Shown: positions 1 to 9,425 of the stretch, in pieces
Numbering within the stretch: position 1 is the stretch's first letter
Layout of the letters: every line of letters starts with the position of its first letter
DNA from: a virus
Taxonomy: Duplodnaviria; Caudoviricetes
DNA length: 33,216 nucleotides
IMG/VR virus record: IMGVR_UViG_3300011335_000331
Coordinates: 1 to 33,216 of that record
Reading direction: 5' to 3' (one strand)
Translations under genes and position numbers: made by a program
The notes under the pieces: generated by a model
What the model was told of the DNA's origin: nothing
Database searches by the model: none
The model's input: only the letters and a program-made list of their open reading frames with translations

Positions 1-1
1 T

Positions 2-136
2 CAAGTGCATAACGGGATCTCGATGCGTATCGTGCGTCAGTACGATATTAACAACGACCGTATGCCTTGCCGTGTCGATGTGCTGTATGGTTTCAACACC
101 ATTCGCCCACCGATGGCTTGCCGTATCTGGGGTTGA
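2..136 (+). CDS. Major capsid protein, C-terminal fragment (P22 coat/gp5 family); 5'-truncated by window edge
   Basis: Manual translation QVHNGISMRIVRQYDINNDRMPCRVDVLYGFNTIRPPMACRIWG*. The R-x-D-V-L-Y-G ending is typical of P22-type coat proteins, and the N-terminal part of the gene lies at the other end of the window. Confidence 0.88.
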   Translation, partial: QVHNGISMRIVRQYDINNDRMPCRVDVLYGFNTIRPPMACRIWG

Positions 137-142
137 TAAAAC

Positions 143-176
143 TGCTTCCGCCTAGCGCGGGGGCATCTTAATTTTT
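143..176 (+). terminator. Possible weak intrinsic terminator/hairpin after the capsid gene
   Basis: Stem tgcttccgc (143-151) / gcgggggca (157-165) with two G-U pairs, followed by tcttaattttt. Confidence 0.4.
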
Positions 177-189
177 AGGAGAAACAATC

Positions 190-612
190 ATGGCACTTCC
201 TTCAGTTGGTGGCGGCTATCAGTTTACTGATGGCAATACGAATGAACTGGAAATCGATACCCAAGCAGCACCGCAAACGGCAACGTCCACGGCAACTTTG
301 ACTACCACGCAAGTTTTGAATGGCCTGTTGGTAGTAGATCCAACGACTACGGCTTCAAGTCTTACCATGCCTACGGCAACCGCAATCGACGCGGTAATGA
401 CCAACATGAAAACCAACAGCACGTTTCGGCTGACGGTTATTAATCTTGGCACCAGCACCGGCGTAGTTACGATGGTGGTTGGAACCGGCATTACTGCGGT
501 AGGCAATCTGGTTGTGGCTATCACCGGCAGTGCGGCTGGCGTTGGTGGTGCGGCTCAGTTCCTGTTCCGCAAAACCGGCACCGCTGCGTACACCGTTTAT
601 CGGGTAGCTTAA
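190..612 (+). CDS. Virion structural protein, probable capsid decoration/accessory protein (140 aa)
   Basis: Directly after the coat gene. It has the same tttttaggag RBS as the coat gene and a Thr/Gly/Val-rich, beta-type composition. Confidence 0.6.
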   Translation: MALPSVGGGYQFTDGNTNELEIDTQAAPQTATSTATLTTTQVLNGLLVVDPTTTASSLTMPTATAIDAVMTNMKTNSTFRLTVINLGTSTGVVTMVVGTGITAVGNLVVAITGSAAGVGGAAQFLFRKTGTAAYTVYRVA

Positions 613-619
613 GTAACAA

Positions 620-653
620 CACCTCGCGGCGTAACAACCGCGAGGTGGTTTTT
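620..653 (+). terminator. Rho-independent terminator
   Basis: Perfect 10-bp stem cacctcgcgg (620-629) / ccgcgaggtg (638-647) followed by gttttt. Confidence 0.8.
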
Positions 654-664
654 AAGGATTTGAT

Positions 665-838
665 ATGGTCATCTACATGCGGCATCCCGTTCATGGTAAC
701 AAGGTCGCTATTGCAGAGGCCGAAGCTGAAGCGGATGAAAAGAACGGTTGGGAACGCTTTGAACTGGGCGACCCCGAAAATGAAGTCAACGAATTGGCTA
801 AACCTCGCGGCAGACCGCGTAAGGAGCTTGCGGAATGA
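665..838 (+). CDS. Small protein with C-terminal AT-hook-like motif (57 aa; not in ORF track)
   Basis: MVIYMRHPVHGNKVAIAEAEAEADEKNGWERFELGDPENEVNELAKPRGRPRKELAE*. RBS aagga upstream; stop overlaps the next start (ATGA). Confidence 0.8.
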   Translation: MVIYMRHPVHGNKVAIAEAEAEADEKNGWERFELGDPENEVNELAKPRGRPRKELAE

Positions 839-1548
839 CCACCACGGCTGGCGATCAGATCAATGGGGCGCTGCGGCTAATCGGTCAATTAGCCGAAGGT
901 GAAACGCCATCGGCATCGACTTCGCAAGATTCTTTGACCGCAATGAACCAGATGCTTGATAGCTGGTCGTCTGAACGTCTGTCCGTGTTCTCAACGCAAG
1001 ATCAAATATTTACTTGGCCTGCTTCTACCGCAACACGCACTCTGGGGCCAACGGGTGATTTTGTTGGCAACCGTCCGGTATTGGTGGACGATTCGACTTA
1101 TTTCCGTGACCCGTCAAACAACATCAGCTTTGGCATCAAGCTGATAAACCAAGCGCAATACAACGGCATTGCGGTAAAAACCGTCACCAGCACTTACCCG
1201 CAGGTCTTGTTTGTAAACATGACCATGCCAAACATAGAAATGACGATCTATCCGGTGCCGACTAAAGCGTTGCAGTGGCATATTGTCAGCGTCACCGAGC
1301 TGGTCGAACCGGCTACGCTAGCAACCGTTTTGGTGGTGCCTCCGGGGTATATCCGAGCTTTCCGATTTAACTTGGCGTGCGAGATCGCCGCTGAGTTTGG
1401 CGTCGAGCCACCGCCCCAAGTGCAACGGCTTGCGATGACCAGCAAGCGCAACATCAAGCGCATCAACAACCCCGACGACGTGATGAGCTTGCCGTATTCC
1501 ATCGTGGCGACTCGCCAGCGGTTCAATATTTATAGTGGGAATTACTAA
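835..1548 (+). CDS. Head-to-tail adaptor, P22 gp4-like
   Basis: N-terminus TAGDQINGALRLIGQLAEGETPS...MNQMLDSW resembles the gp4/adaptor family. It lies between the head genes and the tail hub, with RBS aaggag. Confidence 0.7.
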   Translation: MTTTAGDQINGALRLIGQLAEGETPSASTSQDSLTAMNQMLDSWSSERLSVFSTQDQIFTWPASTATRTLGPTGDFVGNRPVLVDDSTYFRDPSNNISFGIKLINQAQYNGIAVKTVTSTYPQVLFVNMTMPNIEMTIYPVPTKALQWHIVSVTELVEPATLATVLVVPPGYIRAFRFNLACEIAAEFGVEPPPQVQRLAMTSKRNIKRINNPDDVMSLPYSIVATRQRFNIYSGNY

Positions 1549-1549
1549 C

Positions 1550-2095
1550 ATGGCTAATATCGCAATTTCTGCTCTACCCGTTGCCACTTCGCAAGCTGGC
1601 GCCGATGTGTTGCCGATCGTCCAAGCAACGACCAGCACAACCAAACAATTGTCGGTCACCAATCTATTCACCAGCCCGACGCTGGTTACGCCTGTATTGG
1701 GCGTAGCAACCGGCACCAGCCTTAGCACCACGGGCAACCAAGTCATCAGCAGCACCGGCAAACATGGCTACGCAACGGGGGCTGGTGGAACGGTTACCCA
1801 AGCTACTAGCAAAGCCACCGGCGTGACGTTGAGCAAATCAACCGGCCAGATTACGCTGAACAATGCGGCGCTTGCCGCAGATACTACGGTCAGCTTTACG
1901 TTGACCAACACGGTGATTGAGGCTGGCGACATTCTGATAATGAACCACATCAGCGCAGGCACTGCGGGTTCTTACCTGCTCAATGCTCAATCTGCTGCGG
2001 GTACAGCCAGCATTAACGTGAGGAATATCACTGCGGGTTCGTTATCTGAAGCCATTGTAATTGCCTTTGCAGTCATCAAAGCGGTCACGGCGTAA
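1550..2095 (+). CDS. Virion structural protein (fibre-like, 181 aa)
   Basis: Starts MANIAISALPVAT...DVLPIVQ, a common fibre-anchor-like N-terminus; Thr/Ala/Gly-rich; within the tail module. Confidence 0.55.
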   Translation: MANIAISALPVATSQAGADVLPIVQATTSTTKQLSVTNLFTSPTLVTPVLGVATGTSLSTTGNQVISSTGKHGYATGAGGTVTQATSKATGVTLSKSTGQITLNNAALAADTTVSFTLTNTVIEAGDILIMNHISAGTAGSYLLNAQSAAGTASINVRNITAGSLSEAIVIAFAVIKAVTA

Positions 2096-3733
2096 TTGAA
2101 AACGCCTATCCTTGGCGGCAGCTATGTCGCTCGGTCAATCAATGCGGCAGATAACCGCATGGTCAACCTTTTTGCCGAAGCGATACCGGAAGGCAGCGGC
2201 GGGAAAGAGGCGGGCTTCCTGCTGCGGTGTCCTGGCCTGCGCTTATTGGCAACGGTTGGCGATGGCCCGATTCGCGGTTTGTGGGTAACCAATGGCGTGG
2301 CCTATGTGGTGTCCGGTAGTGAGTTCTACAGCCTTGACACCAACTGGACGGCAACACTAATCGGCACCGTATCCGGCACAGGGCCGGTCAGCATGGCCGA
2401 CAACGGCACGCAGATATTTATTGCTTGCAACCCCCTCAGTTACATCTACAACACGTCCACAGCCGTGTTTGGGCAGATTACAGACCCTGATTTTCCCGGT
2501 GCTGGATCGGTTGGATACCTTGATGGTTACTTTGTATTCAATGAGCCAGACTCGCAGAAGTTTTGGGTTACCAGCCTGCTCGATGGCACATCCATTGACC
2601 CGTTGGACTTTGCCAGTGCCGAAGGCTATCCAGACAACGTAATTGCGCTGATCGTAGACCACCGCGAGATATTACTGTTTGGGAATACTAGCGTTGAGGT
2701 CTGGTATGACGCCGGAACGCCCGACTTTCCCTTGGCGCGGATTCAAGGTGCCTTCATGGGGGTGGGCTGCGCTGCTGCGTATTCCGTTGCCAAACTGGAC
2801 AACAGCGTATTTTGGCTAGGATCGGATGCTCGGGGGCGCGGGATTGTCTATCGGGCAAACGGCTACACGCCAGCGCGGATCTCGACCAATGCGGTTGAAT
2901 ACGCTATCCAAAACTATGGCAACATTACGGATGCGATTGCCTACACTTACCAGCAGGACGGGCATCCGTTTTATGTGCTGATATTCCCGTCTGCCGAAGC
3001 AACATGGGTTTACGATGTATCCACGCAGCTCTGGCACGAACGGGCTGGATTTGAAAACGGGCTGTTTGTTCGGCACCGTAGCAATTGCCAAATGGCGTTT
3101 AACAGCGAGGTTGTGGTTGGAGACTACGAGGACGGGCGGGTATACGCTTTCGATCTGGACGTTTACGCCGATGATGACCAGATTCAGAAATGGTTGCGGT
3201 CGTGGCGGGCGCTGGCGACGGGGCAGAACAACCTTAAGCGCACTGCACACCACAGCCTACAGCTCGACGCTGAAACGGGTATTGGGCTTAACGCCTACCC
3301 CGCTTACGATGGTGAAGATCTTGCCACCGAATCCGGTAACATTATTGTGGCCGAGTTTGTGCAAGGGTATCTGACCACGCAAGCCGGCGACCAGTTAGTC
3401 ACCGAGGCCGGTGACGGTAACGAACCGCTGGTGACGCAAGTGCAACCCGCCGAAGATTACAACGGCTATGCGTTGGAAACGGAAGCCTACACTGCTGCAC
3501 CAGGTTACGACCCCCAGGTCATGCTGCGCTGGTCGGACGACGCGGGGCACACCTGGTCAAACGAACACTGGAACTCGATGGGCAAGCTCGGCACCTACGG
3601 CACCCGCACCATCTGGCGGCGGCTAGGCATGACCGAAAAAATTCGCGACAGGGTTTATGAAGTGTCCGGCACCGATCCGGTCAAGATCGCCATCATGGGC
3701 GCAGAGTTGTTTGTCACGCCGACGAGTAGCTAA
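2096..3733 (+). CDS. Tail hub / packaged-DNA stabilization protein, P22 gp10-like (TTG start)
   Basis: Motifs LDFASAEGYPD, SVEVWYDAG, YQQDGHPFYVL, TWVYD..TQLWHER, PQVMLRWSDDAGHTWSNE and WRRLG are characteristic of gp10 homologues. Confidence 0.88.
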   Translation: MKTPILGGSYVARSINAADNRMVNLFAEAIPEGSGGKEAGFLLRCPGLRLLATVGDGPIRGLWVTNGVAYVVSGSEFYSLDTNWTATLIGTVSGTGPVSMADNGTQIFIACNPLSYIYNTSTAVFGQITDPDFPGAGSVGYLDGYFVFNEPDSQKFWVTSLLDGTSIDPLDFASAEGYPDNVIALIVDHREILLFGNTSVEVWYDAGTPDFPLARIQGAFMGVGCAAAYSVAKLDNSVFWLGSDARGRGIVYRANGYTPARISTNAVEYAIQNYGNITDAIAYTYQQDGHPFYVLIFPSAEATWVYDVSTQLWHERAGFENGLFVRHRSNCQMAFNSEVVVGDYEDGRVYAFDLDVYADDDQIQKWLRSWRALATGQNNLKRTAHHSLQLDAETGIGLNAYPAYDGEDLATESGNIIVAEFVQGYLTTQAGDQLVTEAGDGNEPLVTQVQPAEDYNGYALETEAYTAAPGYDPQVMLRWSDDAGHTWSNEHWNSMGKLGTYGTRTIWRRLGMTEKIRDRVYEVSGTDPVKIAIMGAELFVTPTSS

Positions 3734-6174
3734 TGGCTACTCTCAACATCACCAATATCCCCGCGCCTCGGGTGCCGTTTATTGACGAGCGCACCGGCCT
3801 CATGGCGCGGGAATGGTATCGGTTTTTCCTCAACCTGTTCGTCCTGACCGGCAGCGGCAACAACCCCATCACGCTGGAAGAATTGCAACTTGGGCCACCC
3901 AACCAACCTGACCTTGCCGAGCTGCTGATTCAGGTCAATCAGAACATCGCCCCGCAATACGAAGATCAATCGGGCGACTTCCTAGCCACGCTCGACACCG
4001 CGCAGCTCATGTCGATGATGTCGCGGTTTGAAAACGCTGAAGCCGCCATCCAAGGGGCTTACCTTCAGCCACCGCAGCTACCGGTTGATGGCGTCTATGT
4101 GGTCGGCCCCGGCAGCTCAACCGACAACGCGGTTGCGCGGTTTGACGGCACAAGCGGGAAACTGATTCAAAATTCTGTTACCACCATAGACGACACCGGC
4201 AATGCCTCTGGAATTCTGTCGCAACAATTCTCTGACGGCACTGCGGTAACTCTGGCGGCGGGTAAGATGTGGTACGACGGAACTACCGGTGCTTGGAACG
4301 CTGGTATGGGTAACGGCAACATCACCCAACAGATCGGCGAGGAAATCTTTGTCTACGGCAAAGCGTCTGCGGCTATTACCGATTCACCCCTGCAAATTAT
4401 CTATCACACAGGAGTTGTAGGGGCCAGCGGGGTTATTAAATTTGCTCCTACGATTGCAGGCATTACCGACGTTAACGCAATTATTGGTGTAGCGACTGAA
4501 TCTCTGGCGCTTAACGGTTTTGGGCGTGCTACCGTGTTTGGCGTGGTGCGCAACATTACAACCAACGGCACTGCTTTTGGCGAGGTGTGGGCTGACGATG
4601 ATGTTATTTGGTACAACCCGGTAACAGGCAACCCCACTAAAGTTGAACCTGTTGCACCCTATATTAAAGTGCAAGTTGGCCTTGTAATTAAAGCGGGTGC
4701 AGGCGGTTCTGGTTCTTTTCAAGTGGGTATTGCACGAGGTTCAAAACTTGGCGGCACCGACTCTAACGTGCAGTTTGGCACCCTAGCCAACAACAATCTG
4801 ATTGCATACGACAGCACCGCTGGTTACTGGAAAAACGTCACCGCTAGCTCAATAGGGCTTGGCACTGTGTCCAGCGTGTCGGTAGTGTCGGCCAACGGGC
4901 TGGCCGGAACCGTAGCCACCGCAACAACAACCCCGGCAATCACGCTCTCAACGACTATTACCGGACTGCTGAAAGGCAACGGCACCGCGATCAGCGCGGC
5001 ATCCTCCGGCACCGACTACGCCCCCGCGACCAGCGGCACCTCGATCCTATATGGTAACGGATCGGGCGGGTTTAACAACGTCACCATCGGCACTGGCGTT
5101 GCCTTTACCGCAGGCACGTTGTCAGCGACCGGATCGGGCGGCACCGTAACGAGCGTGGCTGCGCTGACGCTCGGCACGACCGGCACCGACCTGTCCAGCA
5201 CCGTGGCGAACGGCACAACCACGCCGGTCATCACGCTGCAAGTTCCAACCGCGTCTGCGGCTAATCGCGGGGCGTTGAGTGCTGCGGATTGGACAACTTT
5301 TAACAACAAAGGCAGCGGGTCAGTCACTAGCGTGGCGCAGTCCTTTACCGGCGGCTTGATTTCGGTTGCAGGTTCACCAATCACCAGCTCAGGCACGCTG
5401 GCCTTGACGGTTGCAGGCACCTCTGGCGGCGTACCTTACTTCTCCAGTGCATCAACCTGGGCAACCTCGGCTGCGCTTGCGGCCAGTGCGCTGGTAGTCG
5501 GCGGCGGCGCTGGGGCAGCACCAGCCACCACCACAACCGGAACGGGCGTTGTCACTGCGCTCGGGGTCAATACCGGCACCGCTGGCGCGTTTGTGGTCAA
5601 CGGCGGCGCTCTCGGCACACCATCCGGCGGCACCGTCACCAACCTGACCGGCACTGCCAGCATTAACATTAACGGCACTGTTGGGGCTACGACGCCCAGC
5701 ACAGGGGCGTTTACCACATTAAGCACAACCGGCGTTGCGACTACGGCTGGGCATACAAATACGACTAGCGTTTCAAGAACTTCAACCAATACTAATGCTT
5801 ATCAATGGAGTATTTCAAATCAAGTTAACGCTACCAATAATGCAACGGTTTCGGTTTTATTGCTTAGAGATTCTGCGGGTAGTGTTGTTGGCGATGCTTA
5901 TATTTCGGGAACTATTTTTTTATATGTCAGTGGCGCATCTGGTGTAAATGCCTTTTCTGCTACCTACGCACTTTGCACAACGGGGAACTCAACTTCTCAA
6001 GCAATTCTCACAACAATTACTTCAGTGACTAGAGGCACAAGTCCAGTTTCATCAGTGCAAATTGCAGCAGATGGCTCTGGTGGTTCGGTTAAACTGACGG
6101 TTACCTATATTAATGATTCCGGCGTTGTTACCGGAGGAAAATCGTATGCAGGTTTTAATGGCATTGCTTGGTAA
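3733..6174 (+). CDS. Tail fibre/needle protein (813 aa)
   Basis: Follows gp10 at the gp26 position. N-terminal PRVPFIDERTGLMAREWYRFF, then TDNAVARFDGTSGKLIQNS and repeated GTVTSV-like Gly/Thr-rich fibre segments. Confidence 0.75.
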   Translation: MATLNITNIPAPRVPFIDERTGLMAREWYRFFLNLFVLTGSGNNPITLEELQLGPPNQPDLAELLIQVNQNIAPQYEDQSGDFLATLDTAQLMSMMSRFENAEAAIQGAYLQPPQLPVDGVYVVGPGSSTDNAVARFDGTSGKLIQNSVTTIDDTGNASGILSQQFSDGTAVTLAAGKMWYDGTTGAWNAGMGNGNITQQIGEEIFVYGKASAAITDSPLQIIYHTGVVGASGVIKFAPTIAGITDVNAIIGVATESLALNGFGRATVFGVVRNITTNGTAFGEVWADDDVIWYNPVTGNPTKVEPVAPYIKVQVGLVIKAGAGGSGSFQVGIARGSKLGGTDSNVQFGTLANNNLIAYDSTAGYWKNVTASSIGLGTVSSVSVVSANGLAGTVATATTTPAITLSTTITGLLKGNGTAISAASSGTDYAPATSGTSILYGNGSGGFNNVTIGTGVAFTAGTLSATGSGGTVTSVAALTLGTTGTDLSSTVANGTTTPVITLQVPTASAANRGALSAADWTTFNNKGSGSVTSVAQSFTGGLISVAGSPITSSGTLALTVAGTSGGVPYFSSASTWATSAALAASALVVGGGAGAAPATTTTGTGVVTALGVNTGTAGAFVVNGGALGTPSGGTVTNLTGTASININGTVGATTPSTGAFTTLSTTGVATTAGHTNTTSVSRTSTNTNAYQWSISNQVNATNNATVSVLLLRDSAGSVVGDAYISGTIFLYVSGASGVNAFSATYALCTTGNSTSQAILTTITSVTRGTSPVSSVQIAADGSGGSVKLTVTYINDSGVVTGGKSYAGFNGIAW

Positions 6175-6194
6175 ATAATTAAAGGCACATCATT

Positions 6195-7925
6195 ATGAGC
6201 GTAAATCTTTCTCTTTTTGCCGGTGCAGGATGGCAATTTTTTACCAGCAACGGCATACCATTGGCCGGTGGCTTGATCTACACCTACGCCGCCGGAACCA
6301 CAACGCCGCAAGCAACGTATACCAGCAGCACTGGTGGCACTGCACACGCCAATCCAATCGTGTTGGATTCCGCAGGCCGAGTGGCGGCGGGTGAAGTTTG
6401 GGTGAGCGAAGGGGTTAGTTACAAGTTTGTGCTTAAAGATTCAACTGGCACCACAATTGGCACCTATGACAATATCAACAGCACGTATGTTGCCGCCGAT
6501 CTTGCCAACACATCCGATCCGGCGCTAGGCGATGCGCTGGTTGGTTTTCGGCAATCAAATTCGTCGGGCAATCTGACCGGCACTGTAGGCCGTACGGTGC
6601 ATCAAAAACTGCAAGAATCAGTTAGCGTATTGGATTTTGGCGCAGACAGTACTGGTGCAACCAGCTCAACCGCAGCTTTTCAAGCGGCGCTGGCTACTAA
6701 CAAAACAATATATGTTCCTGCGGGGACTTATCTCATTACCGGCGCATTGCAACTGCAAGACGGTCAAGTCGTATTCGGTGATGGGTCAAGCAAAACAATT
6801 TTAAATTGCAGCCAAACCAGTTTTAGCGGCATTTTCATCAATATGGGTGGTCACACTTCGTTGCAAAGTTTGGCGCTGTCAGGTTCAGGCACCGCTGCGG
6901 CAACGGGGATTAAGTGCTGGGATTCGGCAGACCAGTATGGTTTTACGGGCTACATCACAATTAAGGATGTAAATATCAGCGGTATGCTTTACGGCTTATA
7001 CGTCAATAATATTTTCATGCTCGATTATGAAATTGGTATTTTGACCAGCAATACCTACGGCGTGTATATCAACCCAGCGTATTCAGCCAGTTCCGACAGT
7101 GGGTATGTTACAACCAATACATTCTATAAACTGTATATGTACTCAAACGATCATGGCGTATATGGAAAACCAACAATTGTTTCTAAAAATGTTATGTTTA
7201 GGGATTGCGTTATCGAGAACAATACGACCACGTATCAAGCCTATCTTGATACCTTTAACCCGTTAATTTTTCAAAACTGTTATTTTGAGGGCAGCTCAAC
7301 AATACCGGCATTGCAAATAGTTAATTGCGATACGACAGTTAATGACGCGTATTTTAACGGCACTGGCGGTATTGACTTGGGTGCGGGATCAAATTCGTTC
7401 CGTGGAAATCATTTGTATGCGACTGCGTCTACCGACAAATTGCTTGCAACAGGCACATCTCTGCAAGACGTTCATCTTTACAATTCACAACTTGGAAGTG
7501 CCACTTCATTAAACGCGTCAAAAACGCATTTGTATTTGACTTCTATTGGCGCAACGCAATACCTAAACTTTTTCCGCAACCTCGATTTGACTTTAAGCGG
7601 TAGCGCACAAGGCACAAATACCACAACGATCAGCGACGTTACTGCGTATACCAAAACCGTAACCGCAACCATTAACGCTAATACAACAACGGCATTGATT
7701 TCCGATCAGGCGGCAACAAACATTTGGGCATCTGGGTTCACGACGGCAATGGCAAACCTCGCAAACACTTACGCGCCGGGGTTAATTTTAACTGTCACGC
7801 CAGCAACTACGGGCAGCGCAAATTTCTTTTGCGTATTTGCCACAAACACAACCGCTTCAAATATAACGATAACCAGCGCAACGCTAAAAGTGTTGTTTTT
7901 CGCTGGCACTGGCATGGCGTTGTAA
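6195..7925 (+). CDS. Tailspike with pectate-lyase-like right-handed beta-helix (putative depolymerase)
   Basis: N-terminal attachment region (YTYAAGTTTP...NPIVLDSAGR), then RTVHQKLQESVSVLDFGA..G..SSTAAFQAAL...IYVPAGTY, the typical beta-helix cap, followed by Asn-rich rungs. Confidence 0.85.
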   Translation: MSVNLSLFAGAGWQFFTSNGIPLAGGLIYTYAAGTTTPQATYTSSTGGTAHANPIVLDSAGRVAAGEVWVSEGVSYKFVLKDSTGTTIGTYDNINSTYVAADLANTSDPALGDALVGFRQSNSSGNLTGTVGRTVHQKLQESVSVLDFGADSTGATSSTAAFQAALATNKTIYVPAGTYLITGALQLQDGQVVFGDGSSKTILNCSQTSFSGIFINMGGHTSLQSLALSGSGTAAATGIKCWDSADQYGFTGYITIKDVNISGMLYGLYVNNIFMLDYEIGILTSNTYGVYINPAYSASSDSGYVTTNTFYKLYMYSNDHGVYGKPTIVSKNVMFRDCVIENNTTTYQAYLDTFNPLIFQNCYFEGSSTIPALQIVNCDTTVNDAYFNGTGGIDLGAGSNSFRGNHLYATASTDKLLATGTSLQDVHLYNSQLGSATSLNASKTHLYLTSIGATQYLNFFRNLDLTLSGSAQGTNTTTISDVTAYTKTVTATINANTTTALISDQAATNIWASGFTTAMANLANTYAPGLILTVTPATTGSANFFCVFATNTTASNITITSATLKVLFFAGTGMAL

Positions 7926-7952
7926 CCTTACCGTATATCTCGGAGAAATAAC

Positions 7953-8288
7953 ATGACCGTAACCGTAAAAGTTCTTATCCCCGCCAAGATCGCGGAGGCG
8001 ACGCAGACCACGCAATATACCGCCACCAACGTCACCACAATTATTGACAAGTTCACGGCGACCAACTACAGCGCAACGGCGGCGACCTTGAGCGTGAATC
8101 TGGTCACGGCGGCAGACACGGCGGGCAATCAGAACTTGATTACCAAGACCAAGACGCTGGCGGCGTCTGAGGTATATACTTTCCCTGAGATTGTCGGCCA
8201 GGTGCTGATGGCAAGCGGATTTATCTCTACCATCGCGGGAACGGCAACCGCCATCAACATTCGCGCTTCAGGGCGGGAGGTTAGCTAA
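7953..8288 (+). CDS. Small virion structural protein (111 aa)
   Basis: RBS ggag; Thr/Ala-rich beta composition; between the tailspike and the ejection genes. Confidence 0.55.
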   Translation: MTVTVKVLIPAKIAEATQTTQYTATNVTTIIDKFTATNYSATAATLSVNLVTAADTAGNQNLITKTKTLAASEVYTFPEIVGQVLMASGFISTIAGTATAINIRASGREVS

Positions 8289-9425
8289 ATGAGCTTCTGG
8301 ACAGACATACGCGATACCGTTGAATCGGCGGCGGTTGTTGCCGGTAATTATTTCCTGCCGGGTTCTGGCTTGGTTACGTCTAATTTAGCTAGTTCAGGTT
8401 CACAAGACCAGTTGAACTCTGGCCTCGGCCGTGTTGCTATGCTTGGTAGCGGTGTGGCCGGTGGAGTCGGGGGAAACCTGTCAAATTACGGCAAGTTTTA
8501 CGACGCTGCGGGTAATTTCCTCACAGGCACAGAATCTAGCGCACAACAATTCATCAACGCGGATATACAGCAGCTAATCGGTCAAGGCTATACGCCAGAA
8601 CAAGCAGCTAACCTTGCAAACGCTAGCTTTTCTGCGGCTCCCGTTGGCGGCGCGTCTGCAACGATGCCCGGTGGCACAACCGACTGGACAAAATACCTTA
8701 GTAACCCGTCAGTGCTTGGGTCTGCCATCAGTGGCGGTGCAGGACTGCTTGGCGCGGGTCTACAAGCCAACGCCGCAAGGGAGGCAGCACAAGGTATTGC
8801 CGACGCAAACCTTAGCTCCAATCAGCTTATGGCGCGGATGAACGAGCAGAATAGGGCAAGGCAGGAACCGTTCTACCAAGCTGGTTTGCGTGCGCTTCCT
8901 GCTTACACGCAAGGCGTGATGCCTGGTGGCGATCTGGTCAGACCGTTTGCAATGTCTGATTATCAAGCCGATCCAGGCTACGGTTTTCGCATGTCCGAAG
9001 GAATGAAAGCCTTGGACCGCAGCGCCGCCAGCCGCGGCAACCTGTTATCTGGATCAACGCTAAAAGGTGCAGAACGGTTTGGGCAGGATATGGCAAGCCA
9101 AGAATACAATAATGCGTATAACCGCTACGTTGGAAATCAGGCCACGCAGCGCAACGCATTGGCCGGTTTAACGGGCTTTGCACCGACCGCATCGTCTGCC
9201 ATGCAAGCCGGTGATACGGCTTACGGCAGCAACGCGGCAAACCTTGCCAGCAACACGGCCAACGCAATGGCTGGCGCTGGTGCTACTCGCGCATCCTCTT
9301 ACGGTAACGCTTTAGCGGGTATTGGGCAAAACATCTACAACACGATGAATCCCAATCCCATAAACGCAATGATGGCCTCGTATATGCAATCGCAAATGGC
9401 TCCTAAAACTGGAGTAACTGGATAA
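8289..9425 (+). CDS. DNA ejection/pilot protein, P22 gp7-like
   Basis: Gly/Ala/Gln-rich, with ADPGYGFRMSEG..ALDRSAASRG.LLSGSTLK....FGQDMASQEY, typical of gp7-like DNA transfer proteins. Confidence 0.75.
   Translation: MSFWTDIRDTVESAAVVAGNYFLPGSGLVTSNLASSGSQDQLNSGLGRVAMLGSGVAGGVGGNLSNYGKFYDAAGNFLTGTESSAQQFINADIQQLIGQGYTPEQAANLANASFSAAPVGGASATMPGGTTDWTKYLSNPSVLGSAISGGAGLLGAGLQANAAREAAQGIADANLSSNQLMARMNEQNRARQEPFYQAGLRALPAYTQGVMPGGDLVRPFAMSDYQADPGYGFRMSEGMKALDRSAASRGNLLSGSTLKGAERFGQDMASQEYNNAYNRYVGNQATQRNALAGLTGFAPTASSAMQAGDTAYGSNAANLASNTANAMAGAGATRASSYGNALAGIGQNIYNTMNPNPINAMMASYMQSQMAPKTGVTG

Noticed and set aside
621-819. 10-nt repeat acctcgcggc at 621 and 802 as an antiterminator
   Set aside because: The second copy is downstream of the terminator and is explained by the PRG codons of the AT-hook; likely chance.
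645-902. 85-aa ORF from the track
   Set aside because: It starts inside the terminator and overlaps the better supported 665-838 ORF, which has an RBS and ATGA coupling.
4824-5789. Long antisense ORFs opposite the tail fibre (similar ones lie opposite portal, methylase and scaffold)
   Set aside because: These are shadow frames caused by biased codon use in real + strand genes.
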